Shown in pieces: positions 31,603 through 41,235 of a DNA stretch of 64,000 nucleotides. The stretch is from assembly GCA_963740355.1 (NCBI GenBank), contig CAVUDW010000003.1:800001-864000 (forward strand), written 5' to 3'. Origin of the DNA: an uncultured Gemmatimonadaceae bacterium. GTDB lineage: Bacteria; Gemmatimonadota; Gemmatimonadetes; Gemmatimonadales; Gemmatimonadaceae. Position 1 is the stretch's first letter, and every line of letters starts with the position of its first letter. The position numbers and the translations under genes were made by a program. The notes beneath the pieces were generated by a model that saw only the letters and a program-made list of their open reading frames with translations, did no database searches and was not told the DNA's origin.

Positions 31603-33093
31603 ATGCAGCGTTCCACGTTCGCGTTCCGCCGCCACCGTCGTTCCGGCCTTGCCGCCGCGATTCTAGCGCTTGGTCTTGCCAGCGCCGCGCCAGCTGGCGC
31701 GCAAATTCCGCAGGCGGAGTACGGCGCGCGGCGCGACTCGCTGGCGGCCAAGCTTGGCGACGGTGTCCTGGTCGCATTCGGCGGCCGTACGCCGGTCTCC
31801 GACTTCGGGCCGTTCTTCCAGCTCGCCGACTTCCGGTACCTGACGAACTACAACGAGCCGGATGCAGCGCTGGTGATGGTGATCAAGGGCGGCAAGGCCC
31901 GATCGACGCTCTTCATCACGCCCGCTGGCGCCCGACAGGCGTTCTACTACGGCAAGCGACCTGACTCGCTCACCGTGGAGCAGACGCTGGGTATGCATGC
32001 GCGCTCGGCCGGCGTGATCGAGGACGTGGTCGACTCGCTGGTGAAGGGGGTGAAGACGGTCTACACCTTGGCCGACTTTGCGGCGGCAGATTTTGCGATC
32101 CAGGACTCGCTGACGCGTGGCCTGCAGTGGGAGCGCCGGTTTGCCGCCTCGCATCCGAACATCACGATCCGCGATGCCCACCCATACGTCTACCAGATCC
32201 GCGCGAAGAAGACGGAAGCCGAGCTGGCGCTGATCAGGAAGGCAGCCGAGATCAGCTCGGAAGGGCATCGCGCGGCGATGCGCCTCGCCGAGCCGACGAA
32301 GGAGTACGAACTGCAGGCGGCGATCGAGTACGAGTTCATGCGACGCGGTGGCGCCCGTCCGTCGTATGGATCGATCGTGGGCGGAGGGATTCGCGGCACG
32401 CAGCTGCACTACATGCGGAATCGTGGCGATATCAAGCCGGGCGACATGGTCGTGATCGATGCAGCGACAGAGTACGAAGGCTACGCGGCCGACGTCACGC
32501 GCTCGATCCCTGTGAGCGGCACGTATTCGCCCGATCAGCGGCTCATGTACCAGCTGGTGCTTGACGCGCAGCTGGCAGCAGAGCGGAATTCGAAGGTCGG
32601 CATGTCATCGATCGCCGCCCAGGATTCGTCGGAAGATGTGCGCGCCCGCGGCCTGGCCAAGCTGGGCCTGATCGAGGATGTGAATGCGACACTCGACATG
32701 CCCTGGCGCACCGACTGTACCAACTCGCCGCGCACCTGCCGTCAGTCGATGTTCTGGATGATCCACGGCATCAGTCACGGTATCGGCCTCGCGGTGCACG
32801 ACCCGGCGCAGTTCTACACCGGCAATCGCACGTTTCAGGTGGGTGATGCGTTCACGATCGAACCGGGCATCTACATCAGCACCGCGATGCTCGATGCCCT
32901 CCCGGACACACCGAAGAACCGCCAGTTCATCGCGAAAGTCCGCGCCGCCGTCCTCCGTTTCCAGAACACCGGCGTGCGCATCGAGGACGACTACGTCGTG
33001 ACCAAGGACGGCACCGTTCGCATCAGCAACGCACCGCGTGAAATCGAGGAAATCGAGTCCCTGATGCGCAATCGTTCGCGGCCAGTTCCCTGA
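31603..33093 (+). CDS. Secreted Xaa-Pro aminopeptidase (M24B)
   Basis: Signal peptide, FRYLT, LHY, GYAADVTR, HGISHGIGLAVHD, TIEPGIY, GVRIEDD. Confidence 0.92.
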   Translation: MQRSTFAFRRHRRSGLAAAILALGLASAAPAGAQIPQAEYGARRDSLAAKLGDGVLVAFGGRTPVSDFGPFFQLADFRYLTNYNEPDAALVMVIKGGKARSTLFITPAGARQAFYYGKRPDSLTVEQTLGMHARSAGVIEDVVDSLVKGVKTVYTLADFAAADFAIQDSLTRGLQWERRFAASHPNITIRDAHPYVYQIRAKKTEAELALIRKAAEISSEGHRAAMRLAEPTKEYELQAAIEYEFMRRGGARPSYGSIVGGGIRGTQLHYMRNRGDIKPGDMVVIDAATEYEGYAADVTRSIPVSGTYSPDQRLMYQLVLDAQLAAERNSKVGMSSIAAQDSSEDVRARGLAKLGLIEDVNATLDMPWRTDCTNSPRTCRQSMFWMIHGISHGIGLAVHDPAQFYTGNRTFQVGDAFTIEPGIYISTAMLDALPDTPKNRQFIAKVRAAVLRFQNTGVRIEDDYVVTKDGTVRISNAPREIEEIESLMRNRSRPVP

Positions 33094-33105
33094 CCGGCTC
33101 ACGAT

Positions 33106-33321
33106 CAACTGCTTCAACGCAAAACAGAAAACAGCGGTACGGCAACAGCCGCGGGGAACTGCAAAGGCCGCAAAACAGCGACTGATGGATGGCTATCAGA
33201 AGCGGTACAAAATCTGTCGTCGTAGTTTTTGCGGCTGTCCCGTTTTGCGGCCTTTTTGCGGCAGTTGTCGTTCCCTGCGGCTCGTGCTGTATCCCTCTAG
33301 CTGTTTTGCGTCAAGCAGTTG
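33106..33321. repeat. Fold-back intergenic element, family B
   Basis: CAACTGCTTCAACGCAAAACAG...CTGTTTTGCGTCAAGCAGTTG arms with inner GCCGCAAAAC / GTTTTGCGGC units. Confidence 0.8.
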
Positions 33322-33342
33322 CAGTTCGCCGCACCATGTGAT

Positions 33343-34014
33343 TCATGACGTACGCCGAGCGAGAATGATTGCGTTGAAGCCGCCGGAGGTGGCGTGGGAG
33401 CGGGCCTTGTGCACGCTGACGCTGAGGCCTTCGCGCTTGAGGGCTTTCACGAACGCGGGCTCGGAGTCGACTGACCAGTACGCAAGGCAGCCGCCCGGGC
33501 GCAGGGCGGCGATGGCGGCCCGGATGCCCTTCTCGCCGTACAGCTTCTTGTTGCTGCCGGTGGTGAACGACTCGGCGCCGTTGTCGACGTCGAGCAGGAT
33601 CGCATCGAAGCCACCGACATTGGTACGAAGCAGGTTCGCGACGTCATCATGCTTGACCGTCACGCGCGGGTCGCGCATCGCCTCACCGGCCAGCGGCCAT
33701 TCCGGATTGAGATTCCAGTCGATCACCTCGCGCAGGATCTCGGCCACCACAACGCGGGCGTCGGATGCAAGGTGAGAGAGCGCGGCCCTGAGCGTGAAGC
33801 CAAATCCAAGACCACCGATCAGGACCGATGCGTCGGCGCGCGCCTTCAGTGGCGCACACGCCAGCTGCGCCAGCAGTTCTTCCGAGTGCACGCGTCGCGT
33901 CGACATCAGCTCGACGCCGTCCACCACCATCAGGTAGGCGCCGTCGTGGCGGTAAAGCGTCAGCACCGATCCATCGGGCGCTGACGCCGTCCCGAGCCGC
34001 TCCGTGGGCTTCAA
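33343..34014 (-). CDS. Spermidine synthase-like SAM-dependent transferase
   Basis: ELMSTR..SEE.LA, VLIGGLGFGFTL, DAILLDVDNG, LRPGG. Confidence 0.8.
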   Translation of the reverse strand: MKPTERLGTASAPDGSVLTLYRHDGAYLMVVDGVELMSTRRVHSEELLAQLACAPLKARADASVLIGGLGFGFTLRAALSHLASDARVVVAEILREVIDWNLNPEWPLAGEAMRDPRVTVKHDDVANLLRTNVGGFDAILLDVDNGAESFTTGSNKKLYGEKGIRAAIAALRPGGCLAYWSVDSEPAFVKALKREGLSVSVHKARSHATSGGFNAIILARRTS

Positions 34015-34033
34015 ACCGCCACCCGAATCTCTG

Positions 34034-35509
34034 TCACTTCAACTGATCGAGATGCTGCAGCAACTGCTCGAAGAAGGTGACAGCTGTCGCATACCCCTTC
34101 ACGGACATCCGCTCGTTCACACCGTGGATCCGGGTCACATCTCCTTCCTGGAGCGGGACCGCGAGGAACCGGAACACGTTCGACGAATGTGGGCCCCAAT
34201 ACTTCGCATCTGTGCCACCGCCCACGAGATACGGCAACACAGGCACCGACTGTCCAGGAACCATGCCACGCACCGTCGACGCAATCAGCTTGAAGGCTGA
34301 CGAGTTCGGGTCGGAGACCTGCGACGGATCAGTGCGGGCACTGTCGGTCGGTTCGACGGTGATCATCGTGTCCGCGATCACACTCTTCACGCGGGCGATC
34401 ACCGTTTCCTGCGTCTCTCCCGGCCGGATGCGGAAGTTCACGACCGCGGTCGCTTCCGGCGGCAGCACGTTGTCCTTGACGCCGGCCGTGAGCATCGTCG
34501 GCGACGTGGTCGTGTGCAGCATCGCAGCGCTCGTAGGCACTTTCGCCATCGCGCTGGTCACCAGCGGCGCAGTGAGCCAGAGATTCGCCAGCACCATCTT
34601 CCGCGTGAACGGCGAATACGGCGCCATCGCCTCCAGCATGCCACGCGTGGGTCCGTCGAGCGAAGACGGAAACGGATTCGCCTCCAGCGCTGCGATCGCG
34701 CGACTCAGTGCACCAACCGCCGTGCGCGCTGTGGGCATGGAGGAGTGGCCACCCTGCGCGTGCGCCTTCAGCCGCAGCGAGAGATAGCCCTTCTCGGCGA
34801 TGCCGACCACCGCCGCCAGTCCCTTCACGCCGGGGATCGCGCCGGTCGCCATCACGCCACCCTCGTCGATAACCAATGCCGGCTTCACACCGCGCGCCAC
34901 CAACGTGTCGACCATCGCACGCGCGCCGAACCGACCGCCAACTTCTTCGTCATGCCCGAAGGTGAGATACACGGTCCGCGACGGTTTTTCACCGCGGGAC
35001 AACATGTCCTCGACCGCTTCCAGCACTGCCAGCACCGTGACCTTGTCGTCCATCGTGCCGCGGCCCCAGACGTAGCCATCGGCTACATCGCCAGAGAACG
35101 GGCCGTGTGTCCATTCCTTGAGGTTCGATTCGGGCACAGGGACCACGTCCATGTGGCCCATCAACACCACAGGCGCCAACGTCGAATCGCTTCCGGTCCA
35201 CGTGTACAACAGGCTCAGGCCCGCCACCTTTTCCAGTTTGAGCGTGGCGTGAACCTTCGGGAACGACGTCGCGAGGAAATCATGAAAACCGCGGAATGCT
35301 GCGCTATCGATCGGGCCGCCGGACGCCGTCGATACGGTGGCGAACTTCACCGCACCGGAAAGTCGCTGCGCCGCCGTCGCCTCGTTAATCACCACCATCT
35401 TCGTGGCGACTGCCGGTGACGCCGGCGCAGGGAGCATCGCCGCGCGGGCCGCCATCACACCCAGCAGACCGAGCACCAGCACCACCACTCCCAGGAACAG
35501 GCGCTTCAT
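34034..35509 (-). CDS. M20 peptidase (carboxypeptidase S / PM20D1-like)
   Basis: GHMDVVP, WGRGTMDDK, HDEE, GGHSS, GGTD, IHGVNER; N-terminal anchor. Confidence 0.9.
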   Translation of the reverse strand: MKRLFLGVVVLVLGLLGVMAARAAMLPAPASPAVATKMVVINEATAAQRLSGAVKFATVSTASGGPIDSAAFRGFHDFLATSFPKVHATLKLEKVAGLSLLYTWTGSDSTLAPVVLMGHMDVVPVPESNLKEWTHGPFSGDVADGYVWGRGTMDDKVTVLAVLEAVEDMLSRGEKPSRTVYLTFGHDEEVGGRFGARAMVDTLVARGVKPALVIDEGGVMATGAIPGVKGLAAVVGIAEKGYLSLRLKAHAQGGHSSMPTARTAVGALSRAIAALEANPFPSSLDGPTRGMLEAMAPYSPFTRKMVLANLWLTAPLVTSAMAKVPTSAAMLHTTTSPTMLTAGVKDNVLPPEATAVVNFRIRPGETQETVIARVKSVIADTMITVEPTDSARTDPSQVSDPNSSAFKLIASTVRGMVPGQSVPVLPYLVGGGTDAKYWGPHSSNVFRFLAVPLQEGDVTRIHGVNERMSVKGYATAVTFFEQLLQHLDQLK

Positions 35510-36897
35510 GACAGTCTCCCGACCACGTCGTGAATTGCAGCCGCAAGATCCTCCACCAGCGCGTCGATCTGCGGGGCGTGCGTTCGGAAGCTAAGCACGC
35601 AGACTCGACCGATGTATCGACCACCTGCGACCGCACCACTCACCATCACCCGGCCGCGCTTCGATGTTTCGTCCATCACGGCACGCGTCGCCTCGTTCTC
35701 CTGCTCCAGCGTGGCGCCGGGCCAGGTGACATGAAACGGGAAGAGCGACAACTCAGGCGGTGCATCCATCACCACGTGCGGCAGTTGCGCTACGCGCGCA
35801 GCGGCATCGACGGCCAGCGAGCGCTTTTCGGCGATTGCAGCGCGAAAGGCGTCAGCGCCGAAGAGCTTGATCGTGAGCCACATCCGCAGCCCCGGGAAGC
35901 CGCGCGACAGGTCTGGCGAATGCTGGCTCGGATCGTAGAACTCGGCCGGGCTGGGCATCTCCGGCAGGTAGTCCGCCGTCGCCTCGTGCGCCGCACGCAA
36001 GCGCGCACCATCGCGCACCAGCAGCGCGCCGGTGCCGTATGGCAGGAACATGCCCTTGTGCGGATCGAGCGTCAGCGAATCGGCTCGCTCGATGCCACGC
36101 AAGACAGGGCGCGTCTCCTCGCACAGCTGGAAGAACGCGCCATACGCGCCGTCCACGTGAAACCAGAGCTTCTCCGTGGCGCAGATGTCTGCCATCGCGT
36201 CCAGCGCATCAACGGCACCGGTGTTCGTGGTTCCGGCATTTCCGACCACCATGAATGGCGTCAGGCCATCATGTCGATCCTGCTCGATCGACGACTGCAA
36301 CAGGTCCAGCCGGATGTGGTATCGCTCGTCGCATGGGATCGAGCGCACGCGATCAGGCATGATGCCAGCAAGCTTGGCCGCCTTGATCACGCAATGGTGC
36401 GCCTGATCGGACGTGTACAGCACGCCACGACGAATCTCGGCGCCAAGGTATTGCTCGCGCGCGCACAGTACGGCGTTGAACGTCGCCATCGAACCGCCGG
36501 TGGTGAACACCCCCGTCGTCCCGACGGGCAGGCGCATCCACTCGCGCAGCCACTCCAGTGCATTGGCTTCGAGCTGCACCAGTGCCGGGGCGGCCTGCCA
36601 GATCCCTGTGTAGCGATTCGTGGTGTCGGCGATGAAATCAGCGAGGGCCGCCGTATAGAGCCCGCCGCCGGGGATGTATGCGAGGTAGCCGGGTGACGGG
36701 GTGTTGAACGACTGCGGGATGTACTGCGTGAACAGGTCGTCCAGCAGCGACGAGAGTGGCGTGGGCGCCGTCGGCGACGGTTCGCGCATGCGCAGGCAGA
36801 GTTCTTCTGCGTCATGGACGCCGTACAACGGCTGCTGCGGCAGGGAGATGATGTGGTCCACGCAGCGCGCCACGACCTGATCGGCCATGGCGCGCAT
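35506..36897 (-). CDS. Group II PLP-dependent amino acid decarboxylase
   Basis: TTGGSMA, AGTTNTGAVD, WFHVDGAYG, DPHK (PLP lysine). Start uncertain (see findings). Confidence 0.9.
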   Translation of the reverse strand: MRAMADQVVARCVDHIISLPQQPLYGVHDAEELCLRMREPSPTAPTPLSSLLDDLFTQYIPQSFNTPSPGYLAYIPGGGLYTAALADFIADTTNRYTGIWQAAPALVQLEANALEWLREWMRLPVGTTGVFTTGGSMATFNAVLCAREQYLGAEIRRGVLYTSDQAHHCVIKAAKLAGIMPDRVRSIPCDERYHIRLDLLQSSIEQDRHDGLTPFMVVGNAGTTNTGAVDALDAMADICATEKLWFHVDGAYGAFFQLCEETRPVLRGIERADSLTLDPHKGMFLPYGTGALLVRDGARLRAAHEATADYLPEMPSPAEFYDPSQHSPDLSRGFPGLRMWLTIKLFGADAFRAAIAEKRSLAVDAAARVAQLPHVVMDAPPELSLFPFHVTWPGATLEQENEATRAVMDETSKRGRVMVSGAVAGGRYIGRVCVLSFRTHAPQIDALVEDLAAAIHDVVGRLS

Positions 36898-37103
36898 GTC
36901 GTGCGCCGAGAATTCGAGATCGATGATAACGGCTCCGGGCAGGGGGCAGCGATCGCGGGCCGCGGCGACGCTGCTGCAATATCGCGCACGTGCCGCTGAA
37001 TATCCGATCCAGCGTCTCTCCCGCCTCAGACCACGGCTCGCCGCAGCCACGCCAAGCGAGGAGGTAGGTTGCCCTCCGCGCGCCGTGGCGCCTTCTTCCC
37101 GCG

Positions 37104-39029
37104 ATGCGCGAACTCACACTGCGATCGGTCATCCTCGGCGGGCTTCTGACGCTGCTCTTCACCGCCGCCAACGTCTATCTCGGCCTGAAGGTCGGGCTGA
37201 CCTTCGCCACCTCGATCCCGGCCGCGGTCATCTCGATGGCCATCCTGCGACTGCTGCCGGGCGGCACGATCCTCGAGAACAACATCGTGCAGACTATCGC
37301 CTCGGCGGCGGGCACCTTGTCGGCGATCATCTTCGTCCTCCCGGGCCTCGTGATCCTTGGCTACTGGCAGGGCTTCCCCTTCGTGACGACGGCCGCCGTC
37401 TGCGCGACGGGCGGGATCCTGGGCGTGATGTTCTCCGTGCCGTTGCGGCGGGCGCTGGTGACCGGGTCGGACCTGCCCTATCCGGAGGGAATGGCTGCGG
37501 CCGAAGTGCTGCGCGTCGGGTCGGCGGACGCCAGCGGTGCGGAGGAGAACCGAAAAGGGTTGCGCATCATCATTCTCTCATCGCTTGCGTCGGCCGGCGT
37601 GTCGCTGCTGATCGCGATGAAGCTGATGGTGGGCGAGATCAGCAAGTATCTTCGTGTGGGTACCGGTGCGACAGGCGCCGCCACCTCGCTCAGCTTCGCA
37701 CTGCTGGGCGTCGGCCATCTGGTCGGATTGTCGGTGGGCCTCGCGATGCTGACCGGCATCGTGATCACGTGGGTCGGCCTGGTGCCGTACTTCAGCGCCG
37801 GCGCGCCGGGGGCGGACGCTGTCGCGATTGCGAGTGGCGTGTTCCGGGCCAAGGCCCGGTTCATCGGCGCCGGCACCATCGGTGTGGCCGCCATCTGGAC
37901 CTTGCTCAAGATCATCGGCCCGATCATCGCCGGCATTCGTTCAGCGCTGGTGGCCTCGGCCGCGCGCGGCAGTGGCGAGCGCTTGCCGTTGTCGGAGCGT
38001 GACCTCCCCATCAAGCAAGTGGCTGCCGTCATCGTCGCGACGATGGTTCCGATCGCATTTCTTCTCTGGCAATTCATTGCCGACGGCCCGCTGGCCGCGC
38101 ACGCCGGTGTGCTCATCAGCATCACTGTCGTCTACATCCTGCTCGCGGGCATCGTGATCGCATCCGTATGCGGCTACATGGCTGGATTGATTGGTGCATC
38201 GAACAGTCCCATCTCCGGGGTCGGCATCCTGGCGGTCGTGGGCGTGTCGTTGATGATGATCGCGTTCCTCGGTCGCAGCGAGGTGCCGTCGGTGACGGAG
38301 GCGATGGTGGCGTATGCGTTGTTCGCGACGGCGATCGTCTTCGGGATTGCGACGATCTCGAATGACAACCTGCAGGACTTGAAGACAGGGCAGATCGTCG
38401 GTGCGACGCCGTGGCGCCAGCAGGTGGCGCTGGTGATCGGGGTGGTCTTCGGCAGCCTGGCGATTCCCGGCGTGCTGGACCTGCTCAACAACGCCTTCGG
38501 GTTTGCCGGGGCGGTTGGTGCACGCGAGCAGGCACTGGCGGCCCCGCAGGCGCTGCTGATTTCGGCGCTGGCGAAGGGTGTGCTCGGTGGTGATCTCGAG
38601 TGGCCGCTGCTCGGACTCGGCGCCGTGATCGGCGTGGTTGTCGTGCTGGTGGACGAGTTGCTCGGTCGCGCGGGCAAGCTGCGGTTACCGCCCCTCGGCG
38701 TTGGCATGGGCGTGTATCTCCCCATGTCGCTGACGGCGCTGATCGTGGTCGGCGCGGTGCTGGGGACGCGGTATGAGGCGTGGGCCGACCGGCAGCGCGA
38801 TCCCGAGACGGCGCGGCGCTTCGGCGTCCTGGCTGCCACCGGCTTGATCGTCGGGGAGAGCCTCTTTGGCGTCGCCTTCGCCGGCATCGTGGCCGCGACC
38901 GGGAGCGATTCCCCGCTGGCGGTGGTCGGCGCCGGCTTCGCGCCCGTCGCCTTGTGGGGCGGCATGGCGGCGTTCATCGGCCTGATCTGGTGGGTGTACC
39001 GGCAGACGCGGCGGGCAGCGACGAGCTGA
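37104..39029 (+). CDS. OPT-family oligopeptide transporter
   Basis: ANVYLGLKVGLT, ENNIVQTIAS, LPYPEG, SNSPISG, LQDLKTG, APQA. Confidence 0.93.
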   Translation: MRELTLRSVILGGLLTLLFTAANVYLGLKVGLTFATSIPAAVISMAILRLLPGGTILENNIVQTIASAAGTLSAIIFVLPGLVILGYWQGFPFVTTAAVCATGGILGVMFSVPLRRALVTGSDLPYPEGMAAAEVLRVGSADASGAEENRKGLRIIILSSLASAGVSLLIAMKLMVGEISKYLRVGTGATGAATSLSFALLGVGHLVGLSVGLAMLTGIVITWVGLVPYFSAGAPGADAVAIASGVFRAKARFIGAGTIGVAAIWTLLKIIGPIIAGIRSALVASAARGSGERLPLSERDLPIKQVAAVIVATMVPIAFLLWQFIADGPLAAHAGVLISITVVYILLAGIVIASVCGYMAGLIGASNSPISGVGILAVVGVSLMMIAFLGRSEVPSVTEAMVAYALFATAIVFGIATISNDNLQDLKTGQIVGATPWRQQVALVIGVVFGSLAIPGVLDLLNNAFGFAGAVGAREQALAAPQALLISALAKGVLGGDLEWPLLGLGAVIGVVVVLVDELLGRAGKLRLPPLGVGMGVYLPMSLTALIVVGAVLGTRYEAWADRQRDPETARRFGVLAATGLIVGESLFGVAFAGIVAATGSDSPLAVVGAGFAPVALWGGMAAFIGLIWWVYRQTRRAATS

Positions 39030-39409
39030 CCAGCGGTGTGCGGTGCGACGTGTGAGCGAATGAGACGCGATCGCGATCGCGGTTGCGGTTACGGGAGGGG
39101 ACGGGCGTCGATGCGGAGGCTACGGCGCGCGGCGGGCAGGCCGGATCGCGGTCTGGCGACTGGACAGGTGCTTCGGTGGGCCAATCCGCGCGGAGGTGGT
39201 GGCCTTCTCCGCGAGCCTCGGATGAAAAGCGGCGCTCTGCCGACTTCTCGCGGGGCCGTTTTGAAGCGATCTAACACAAGAAATGACGTAAGTGCTTGTG
39301 GTGGCGCGGGATGCAGCCTTTGCTAGCAGAGGGATTCGGCGCTGATCGGTGCGGTCGCGAGATGTATAGCGCTGGCGTTGCAGGGGTCGTCGCGGGCTAT
39401 ACCCTCGCC

Positions 39410-39511
39410 GCAACTACCCACGGTTGCTGCTGACCCGACGACCGGCAGATTGTAATCGAAAGCAACTTTTTCGATGCGGTCGCCGCGCACTAGAACCCTG
39501 TCTCGTTTGCC
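39410..39511 (+). other. Degenerate attC-like hairpin upstream of the GNAT gene
   Basis: GGTTGCTGCTG...CACTAGAACC with a bulged G, inner stems CGACCG/CGGTCG and ATCGAAA/TTTCGAT, ending GTTTGCC a few bases before the ATG. Confidence 0.4.
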
Positions 39512-39519
39512 GCCGATCC

Positions 39520-40023
39520 ATGCCTCCTCGTGACCGTCCGCGATACACACTCGCTCCGTACGCAACCGCGGACTACGGCGCCGTACTGGAGATCTTCCAG
39601 AGCAACACGCCCGATTTCTTTGCCCCTTCGGAACTCGACGAGTTCATCGCCTTCCTGGAGGCACCGCAGAGCGAACTGGTGGTCGCGCGGTCCGCGAAGG
39701 GAGAGGTCGTCGGATTCGGCGCCGCGTATTGCCGGTCGGCCAGCGAGGGAGGCCTCGCGTGGGGCATGGTACATCGGCGCTGGCACCGGAAGGGGGTCGG
39801 CCGGCTGCTGCTCGAGGCCCGGATCGCACGACTCTGGGCGCAGGAAGTGACGCAGATCCGCGTGCACACTTCTCAACACAGTGCCGGTTTCTTTCGGCAG
39901 GCTGGCTTTGCAGCGATCACAGTGACACCGGATGGCTTTGGACCCGGCATTGATCGGGTGACGATGCTGCTCCAACGGACGGCGTCCGCGCAGCAGCACG
40001 GCACGCATGCAGGACGAGAATGA
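39520..40023 (+). CDS. GNAT-family N-acetyltransferase
   Basis: FQSNTPDFF, LAWGMVH..HRKGVGR (motif A), TSQHSAGFF..GF. Confidence 0.85.
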   Translation: MPPRDRPRYTLAPYATADYGAVLEIFQSNTPDFFAPSELDEFIAFLEAPQSELVVARSAKGEVVGFGAAYCRSASEGGLAWGMVHRRWHRKGVGRLLLEARIARLWAQEVTQIRVHTSQHSAGFFRQAGFAAITVTPDGFGPGIDRVTMLLQRTASAQQHGTHAGRE

Positions 40024-40156
40024 TCGGCACATGGGCAACCCGCGTCTCCGCGACCATACTTTCACGGCGCGGCAACGCCGGGTCACGTAGCGCCGCCAAC
40101 TGCCAGCGTATTCGAGTCACGTTCGCCACCTCCCCCCGAAGGCAGGAGCCGCGCCC

Positions 40157-40615
40157 ATGTCCAAGGTCACACCGTTCCTGATGTTCAACGACCAGCTCGA
40201 AGCCGCCATCGCCTTCTACACTGCGACGTTCCCCGACTCCGAGATCCGCAATATCGCACGCACCGGAAGTGACGGCCCGGTCACATCGGCGCAATTCGTC
40301 ATCGGTGGCCAGTCCTTCATGGGCTACAACGGCGGCCCCTACTTCAGCTTCTCGGAGGGGATCTCCCTCTACGTCGACTGCGTCGACCAGCACGAGGTCG
40401 ACGAGTACTGGAACAAGCTCGTTGACGGCGCGACCAAGATGCAGTGCGGATGGATCACGGACCGGTTCGGCCTCACGTGGCAGATCGTGCCGCGACGCTT
40501 CATGGAGCTCATCAGCGACAGTAACCCGGCAAAGGTGCAAGCGGTGATGAACGCGATGATGGCCATGGAAAAACTCGACGTCGCCGCGCTCGAACAGGCC
40601 CACGCCGCGGCCTGA
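40157..40615 (+). CDS. VOC-family (PhnB / 3-dmu-9_3-mt-like) protein
   Basis: VTPFLMF, NGGPYF, QCGWITDRFGLTWQIVP. Confidence 0.9.
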   Translation: MSKVTPFLMFNDQLEAAIAFYTATFPDSEIRNIARTGSDGPVTSAQFVIGGQSFMGYNGGPYFSFSEGISLYVDCVDQHEVDEYWNKLVDGATKMQCGWITDRFGLTWQIVPRRFMELISDSNPAKVQAVMNAMMAMEKLDVAALEQAHAAA

Positions 40616-40654
40616 CGACAGCGGATCCACGAACTGCCGGATTGACTCCCCCCG

Positions 40655-40928
40655 ACGCCACAATCGCCGCCACGATCTCGGCATCGGCCACCCGTCCGTC
40701 GAACAGGTGCACCTGTCGGTTGGCATGCTTCGCGTACCGCTCGTCGTGTGTCACCATGCAGATTGTCGCACCCTTGGCGTTCAGCTGCTGCAACAGCGAC
40801 ATCACCGCCTCGCCATTTTTCGAGTCCAGATTTCCTGTTGGCTCGTCCGCCAGCAGGATGGCCGGATCACCAGCCACCGCCCGCGCCACCGCCACACGCT
40901 GCTGCTGGCCGCCAGACAGCTGCGGTGG
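40655..40928 (-). pseudogene. 3' fragment of an ABC ATP-binding gene, diverged copy of 45557-45832
   Basis: Encodes PPQLSGGQQQRVAVARA..DEPTGNLD..VTHD. Lacks Walker A and the original stop codon. Confidence 0.9.
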
Positions 40929-40931
40929 ACA

Positions 40932-41192
40932 ATTTCGGTGACAGTGCACTCATTGCGCCGATTTGGTTCGCCCGGTGACAGTCTGGACGGATGCGGGACG
41001 GGCTCACATTCGGGCAGGGCCACCAGCTCTTTGTCATATTCTCGCCATTGGTCATCGGCGTACGGACCGTCGACGTTTCCTACCCATCCCGGCGAAGGAC
41101 CGCCCGCAAGGTGCCAGTCGCTCGAGCGGCAAAGAGCGCCGACTGTCACCGTTATGATCAGTAGGCTGCAATGAGTGCACTGTCACCGAAAT
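40932..41192. mobile_element. REP/MITE-like element, family C, with perfect 25-bp terminal inverted repeats
   Basis: ATTTCGGTGACAGTGCACTCATTGC (40932-40956) and its reverse complement (41168-41192); inner pair CGGTGACAGTC (40973-40983) / GACTGTCACCG (41141-41151). Confidence 0.8.
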
Positions 41193-41235
41193 ACGGTGTA
41201 GCCGGTGCCACTCAATCACGAACTGGAGTCTCGAA

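Noticed and set aside
28210..33321. Family B repeats as a CRISPR array
   Set aside because: Units are inverted and irregularly spaced, there is no constant repeat-spacer period, and no cas genes are present.
39272..39320. CACAAG..CTTGTG palindrome followed by TGGTGGCG, resembling a reversed tRNA 3' end or att site
   Set aside because: Only about 8 nt match a tRNA acceptor end, with no T-loop consensus and no integrase nearby.
40512..40949. 145-aa ORF as a functional ABC ATPase
   Set aside because: No Walker A; the start comes from the repeat element and the tail is read-through into the antisense of the VOC gene.
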